Assembly: GCA_041742355.1 (NCBI GenBank)
Contig: JBGSIV010000214.1
Span: 8,409 to 72,408 of the forward strand
Origin: Candidatus Zixiibacteriota bacterium
GTDB taxonomy: Bacteria; Zixibacteria; MSB-5A5; GN15; FEB-12
Direction: 5' to 3'
Length of the DNA: 64,000 nt
The notes beneath the pieces were generated by a model. That model worked only from the letters and a program-made list of their open reading frames with translations, had not been told where the DNA came from and ran no database searches. Shown here piece by piece: positions 60,097-64,000 of the stretch; the first letter of the stretch is position 1; the number at the start of each line of letters is the position of its first letter. The translations under genes were made by a program, and so were the position numbers.

Positions 60097-60365
60097 GACC
60101 ACCCGCCCCCTCTTTTCTTGCTTGCATCTGTTTGCGGCATCGCTGTATATAGTTTTGTTCCTGTCCGGGGGCGGACCCCGGGCCACCCAATTCCCTGAAC
60201 CGAACACGGTGGCATCGGCCGGCGATGCCCGAAGCGACACCGGATACCGTGATGAAAAGCCAATTCACTTGCGGCAACCTCATCGTTCTTTCGGCGAATC
60301 TGACCACGAGATAGATCTGAAATACAGCGGGCTCCGGCGATTGCCGGGGGCCACGGAGGTGACGA

Positions 60366-61931
60366 ATGGCACGTGAACGCTGGGCGACCAAGATAGGACT
60401 CATTCTCGCCATGGCCGGCAACGCGGTCGGCCTCGGCAACTTCCTCCGCTTCCCCGTGCAGGCCGCGCAGAACGGCGGCGGCGCTTTTATGATCCCGTAC
60501 TTCACCGCGCTGCTGCTGCTGGGTATCCCCCTCATGTGGGTCGAATGGGGTATGGGGCGCTACGGCGGCAAGTTCGGCCACGGCGCCACGCCCGGCCAGT
60601 TCCACGCGATGTGGCAGCACCCGATTTCCAAGTACCTCGGCGCCCTGGGGCTCTTCCTCTCGCTGGGGACCATGATCTTCTACGTCTATGTCGAATCCTG
60701 GACCCTCGGCTTTTCCTTCTTCTCCGTCACCAAGCAGTACTTCGGGATGGAGACTTTCGACAACATGCGCCACTTCCTCTCCAGCTACCAGGGAACCACC
60801 GAAGGCTACTTCAGCAGCATGTGGCCCGCCTACGGATTTCTGCTGGTGACACTGGTTATCAACTTCTATGTCCTCGCCAAAGGGGTGGCCAAAGGGATCG
60901 AGCGGTTGGCGCTCTTCGCCATGCCCGCGCTCATTATCTTCGCCATTATCCTTGTGATCCGGGTGATCACCATCGGCACCCCCGACCCGGTCAATCACCC
61001 CGACTGGAATGTCGCCTCCGGCTTTGCCTTCATCTGGAACCCTGATCTCTCGCAACTGCATTCTCCCAAAGTCTGGCTCGCGGCGGCCGGCCAGATCTTT
61101 TTCACCCTGAGCCTCGGCTCCGGCCTGATCCAGGCCTATGCCAGCTACGTTCGCGAGAACGACGATATCGCCCTCGGCGGTCTGGCCACCTCTTCGCTTA
61201 ACGAAGGTGTCGAAATCGTCCTTGGCGGCAGCATTGCCATCCCGATCGCCGCGGCCTTTTTCGGCCTTGCCATGACCCAGGATATTGCCGCCCGCGGCGC
61301 CTACGACCTCGGCTTTGTCTCGATGCCGATCATCTTCACCAAGATCCCCTTCGGATCGCTCTTCGGCTTCATGTGGTTTCTCCTGCTCTTCTTCGCCGGG
61401 ATCACTTCGTCGGTGGCTATGTCCCAACCGCTGATTGCTTTCCTCAAGGAGGAATTCAGATTCAACCACCGCAAGGCGGTCGGCGTCCTCATCGCCATGG
61501 TCTTCATCCCTATCCAGTTGTGCGTGTTCTTTCTGGCCAAAGGCTTCCTCGACGAAATGGATTATTGGATCGGCACCTTCGGTCTCGTGGTGTTCGCCCT
61601 GCTGGAGGTGATCGTCTTCGCCTGGATTTTCGGCATGGACAAGGGCTGGGCCGAGATCACGCGCGGCGCCCAGATCAAGGTCCCGCGCATTTTCTACTAT
61701 GTCATCAAGTATGTCACCCCGGTCTACCTGCTGGTTATCATGATCTACTGGATCTACATCGACGCCATACCGGTACTTCTCATGCACGGCGGCGATCCGG
61801 CCAACACCCCCTGGCGCTGGTTCGCGCGCGGGGTGATGCTCCTGCTGTTCATAATCATCCTCTTAATGGTGCGCCGCGCCTGGCAGCGCCGCGATGTCCT
61901 CTCCACCTTTGACTCCCCGGAGGCGTCATGA
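60366..61931 (+). CDS. Sodium-dependent transporter, NSS/SNF family (LeuT-like)
   Basis: RERWAT, AGNAVGLGNFLRFP, NGGGAFMIPY, GQIFFTLSLG, FFAGITSS. Confidence 0.95.
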   Translation: MARERWATKIGLILAMAGNAVGLGNFLRFPVQAAQNGGGAFMIPYFTALLLLGIPLMWVEWGMGRYGGKFGHGATPGQFHAMWQHPISKYLGALGLFLSLGTMIFYVYVESWTLGFSFFSVTKQYFGMETFDNMRHFLSSYQGTTEGYFSSMWPAYGFLLVTLVINFYVLAKGVAKGIERLALFAMPALIIFAIILVIRVITIGTPDPVNHPDWNVASGFAFIWNPDLSQLHSPKVWLAAAGQIFFTLSLGSGLIQAYASYVRENDDIALGGLATSSLNEGVEIVLGGSIAIPIAAAFFGLAMTQDIAARGAYDLGFVSMPIIFTKIPFGSLFGFMWFLLLFFAGITSSVAMSQPLIAFLKEEFRFNHRKAVGVLIAMVFIPIQLCVFFLAKGFLDEMDYWIGTFGLVVFALLEVIVFAWIFGMDKGWAEITRGAQIKVPRIFYYVIKYVTPVYLLVIMIYWIYIDAIPVLLMHGGDPANTPWRWFARGVMLLLFIIILLMVRRAWQRRDVLSTFDSPEAS

Positions 61932-62053
61932 CCCTCACCACCGGCGGTATAATCTTCATGGTCGTTGCCTGGGGGCTGATGATCGCCCTGTGCGCCTACT
62001 GCATGACCAAGGTACTGCGCAATCAGGGTTCCCAGTCCCCGCCCGAGGAGTAG
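61928..62053 (+). CDS. Small single-TM protein, probable NSS transporter accessory subunit (MetS-like)
   Basis: ATGA overlap with the transporter stop, GGAGG SD; MTLTTGGIIFMVVAWGLMIALCAYCMTKVLRNQGSQSPPEE; below the ORF-track cutoff. Confidence 0.75.
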   Translation: MTLTTGGIIFMVVAWGLMIALCAYCMTKVLRNQGSQSPPEE

Positions 62054-62082
62054 TCCTCCGGCGGGAATTTCCCGGCGCGCTG

Positions 62083-62110
62083 TGTCAACGTTCCGGCCGG
62101 CTCAGGTGTC
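62083..62110 (+). promoter_or_regulatory. Possible ECF-sigma promoter
   Basis: TGTCAAC-17 nt-TGTC upstream of the lipoprotein-ECF-anti-sigma unit. Confidence 0.35.
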
Positions 62111-62144
62111 ATTACCGGCAGAAACCTGAAACCCGGAGTTGACC

Positions 62145-63179
62145 ATGAAACGATCGATTGCACACGTCCTGACTGGCGCTCTGCTTGGCGCAGTAGTGCT
62201 GGTTGCTGTCGGCTGCCTCGAGCGAACCGAGAAGATCACGGTTGCCGCGGACGGCTCGGCGCATATCGAAGTTCAGATCAAGGGGGATGCGCAGGCGCTC
62301 GACGGCCCGCAGGCCTTTCCCGCCGCTCCCGAGTGGACGATTGTCGAAGACCGTATCGACACCACCGACAACAAGCTGCAGATGATCCTGCGCGCCGAGA
62401 GGGACGTACCCTACGGATTGGCACTACCTGAGTCATTCGCCCGAAGAGGATCGGCCAATTACGATCTCGACCTGCTTTTCCCGACCAGCATCACTGTGCG
62501 CACGGAAGGCAACCGCACTTACTACGAGTTCCGCCGAAGCTATACCGCCCGGCGATTCGCCGCGTTTGACCTTACCGGGATCCCGATGCTCTGGGATAAG
62601 GAGCTTGAAGAGCGGGTGCTCGACACCGGCCTCGTCAACGCTTCCGAAAACGACCGCCGGCAGTACCTCGGCCAGTTGACCCAGGCCCTGGCCTATCGCT
62701 TCTGGCGGATGAACCGCGAGGCCCTCGCCCACCTGGTTCAGAAGCGCGTGTTGGAACCGGCCCTCATGGACTCCGTCGCCACCCGTGCCGCCGCTCAGTT
62801 CGATGAAACCATCACACCCGATTTTCTCTACGGCGTCATGCAGGGACACGACGAAACCATAGCCCTGACTCTTGACAGCCTGGAGCAGGCCGCCAGCGGC
62901 TACTTCGAGTCAGCCTTGAGAACAGTCGCCGGCAGATCCGGAGACGCACTTTCCGATCAGTTCGCAGAGGCTCTGGAACTTATCAAGAAAGAGTACCGCA
63001 TCGCCGAGATGATCAGCGGCCAAGAGTTCGCCGTCGAGCTGCAACTGCCCGGCACCATTCTCACCAGCAACGGCGTAGTCGAGGTTGACGAGCAGGGCAA
63101 AGTGAATTGGTTCTTCAAGGGGGAGGATCTCCACGACGCCGATTTCCCCATCTATGCGCTTTCAGTCGTTACCCGTTAG
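62145..63179 (+). CDS. Hypothetical lipoprotein
   Basis: AVGC lipobox; EKITVAADGS; LPGTILTSNG (LppM-like ends). Confidence 0.7.
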   Translation: MKRSIAHVLTGALLGAVVLVAVGCLERTEKITVAADGSAHIEVQIKGDAQALDGPQAFPAAPEWTIVEDRIDTTDNKLQMILRAERDVPYGLALPESFARRGSANYDLDLLFPTSITVRTEGNRTYYEFRRSYTARRFAAFDLTGIPMLWDKELEERVLDTGLVNASENDRRQYLGQLTQALAYRFWRMNREALAHLVQKRVLEPALMDSVATRAAAQFDETITPDFLYGVMQGHDETIALTLDSLEQAASGYFESALRTVAGRSGDALSDQFAEALELIKKEYRIAEMISGQEFAVELQLPGTILTSNGVVEVDEQGKVNWFFKGEDLHDADFPIYALSVVTR

Positions 63180-63193
63180 GGATGGGGTCACGT

Positions 63194-63700
63194 ATGACGG
63201 ACGAAATCTCCGCGATTATCCACCGGCTGTCGGACCGCCTCTTCGGCCTGATCAACCGGATCGTGCGCGACCGGGATCTGGCGCTGGACCTGACCCAGGA
63301 TGTCCTGGTTCGGGTCCTGCCTCGGTACCGGGCGGACCAACCCGAGCAGTTTACCGGCTATGCCATGCGCTCGGCGTACCACGCCGCCCTCAACGCCGTG
63401 CGCGATCGCAAACGCCGCACCCAGGTGCTCGACCGTATCGCGCTGGAATCCGAGCGCCCCGCGCCGTTCACCGACAGCCTGGAAACGGCCGAACTGCAGG
63501 GCCAGATCGAGCAGGCTCTGCTGCGCTTGCCCGACAAACAGCGCGAGGCCGTTGTCTACCGCTTCTATGGCGACCTGACTGTTCCCCAGATCGCCGTCGC
63601 GATGAACATCTCCGATGGCGCCGTGAAAGTCCACCTCTCCCGGGGACTCCAGCGGCTCAGCGCCCATTTGACGTCAGTAATGGAGGATGAGAATATATGA
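63194..63700 (+). CDS. ECF RNA polymerase sigma factor
   Basis: DLTQDVLV region 2; LPDKQREAVVYRFY...IAVAMNISDGAVKVHLSRG region 4. Confidence 0.9.
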   Translation: MTDEISAIIHRLSDRLFGLINRIVRDRDLALDLTQDVLVRVLPRYRADQPEQFTGYAMRSAYHAALNAVRDRKRRTQVLDRIALESERPAPFTDSLETAELQGQIEQALLRLPDKQREAVVYRFYGDLTVPQIAVAMNISDGAVKVHLSRGLQRLSAHLTSVMEDENI

Positions 63701-64000
63701 CCTGCAAAGAATACCGTGACCTCATGGCCGCCGCGACACTCGGTGATCTGGCCGAGGCCGAACGAGTGGAGTTCGAGCGTCACCTTGAGACTTGCGACTC
63801 GTGCCGCGCCGAGTACGAGCGCATGCGACAGCTCACCCGGTTGCTGGCCGACGGGCCGGCCGGCTCGCTGTCGGAGGTCGATCGGCTGCGGCTCGAAAAC
63901 GCCGTTTACCGCCGTCTTGCCGAGTCGGCGACCGTTGAACCGCGGTGGTCCCGGACCATTTTGCGGGTCGCGGCCGCGGTTGTGCTGCTCGGCCTCGGCT
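63697..64000 (+). CDS. Zinc-finger (zf-HC2) anti-sigma factor, partial
   Basis: ATGA overlap; MTCKEYRDLM...RHLETCDSCRAEY (HxxxCxxC), TM segment beginning at the window edge. Confidence 0.85.
   Translation, partial: MTCKEYRDLMAAATLGDLAEAERVEFERHLETCDSCRAEYERMRQLTRLLADGPAGSLSEVDRLRLENAVYRRLAESATVEPRWSRTILRVAAAVVLLGLG

Noticed and set aside
1..64000. tRNA, rRNA, prophage or integrase
   Set aside because: No cloverleaf, rRNA signature, phage structural gene or recombinase was recognised by eye

Overview
GC-rich bacterial chromosomal window. The C-terminal dockerin-like and FlgD/T9SS-type domains and a PorV/PorQ-family gene suggest an FCB-group lineage such as candidate Zixibacteria; this is an inference, not a database result. 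Housekeeping content: a complete classical menaquinone cluster (menG-F-D-H-B-A-C-E plus a convergent thioesterase), pepF, ferritin, gyrA, lptB-rpoN-hpf, hutU/hutI, lptE, comM, a Pat-like CoA-ligase/GNAT, an HtrA protease, an MCP, two radical SAM enzymes, an NSS transporter with an unannotated 41-aa subunit, and an ECF sigma/anti-sigma pair. The most unusual signal is non-coding. Three intergenic islands (about 16.0-17.4, 20.55-21.07 and 35.7-36.5 kb) are built from many different tetranucleotide-tagged REP-like hairpins. The hairpins lie head-to-tail in one orientation, are interleaved with a conserved non-palindromic motif ATTGGGTTCGTTTGCGC, and keep a similar module order between islands. 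A RAYT transposase with its own inverted GTAG REPs lies at 48.5-49.1 kb next to a 5'-truncated ORF6N gene. Related palindromes are inserted in frame in two protein genes. Also seen: a candidate ~100-nt sRNA with a near-consensus sigma70 promoter and an adjacent DnaA box, and several apparently leaderless genes. No rRNA, tRNA or CRISPR array was recognised.
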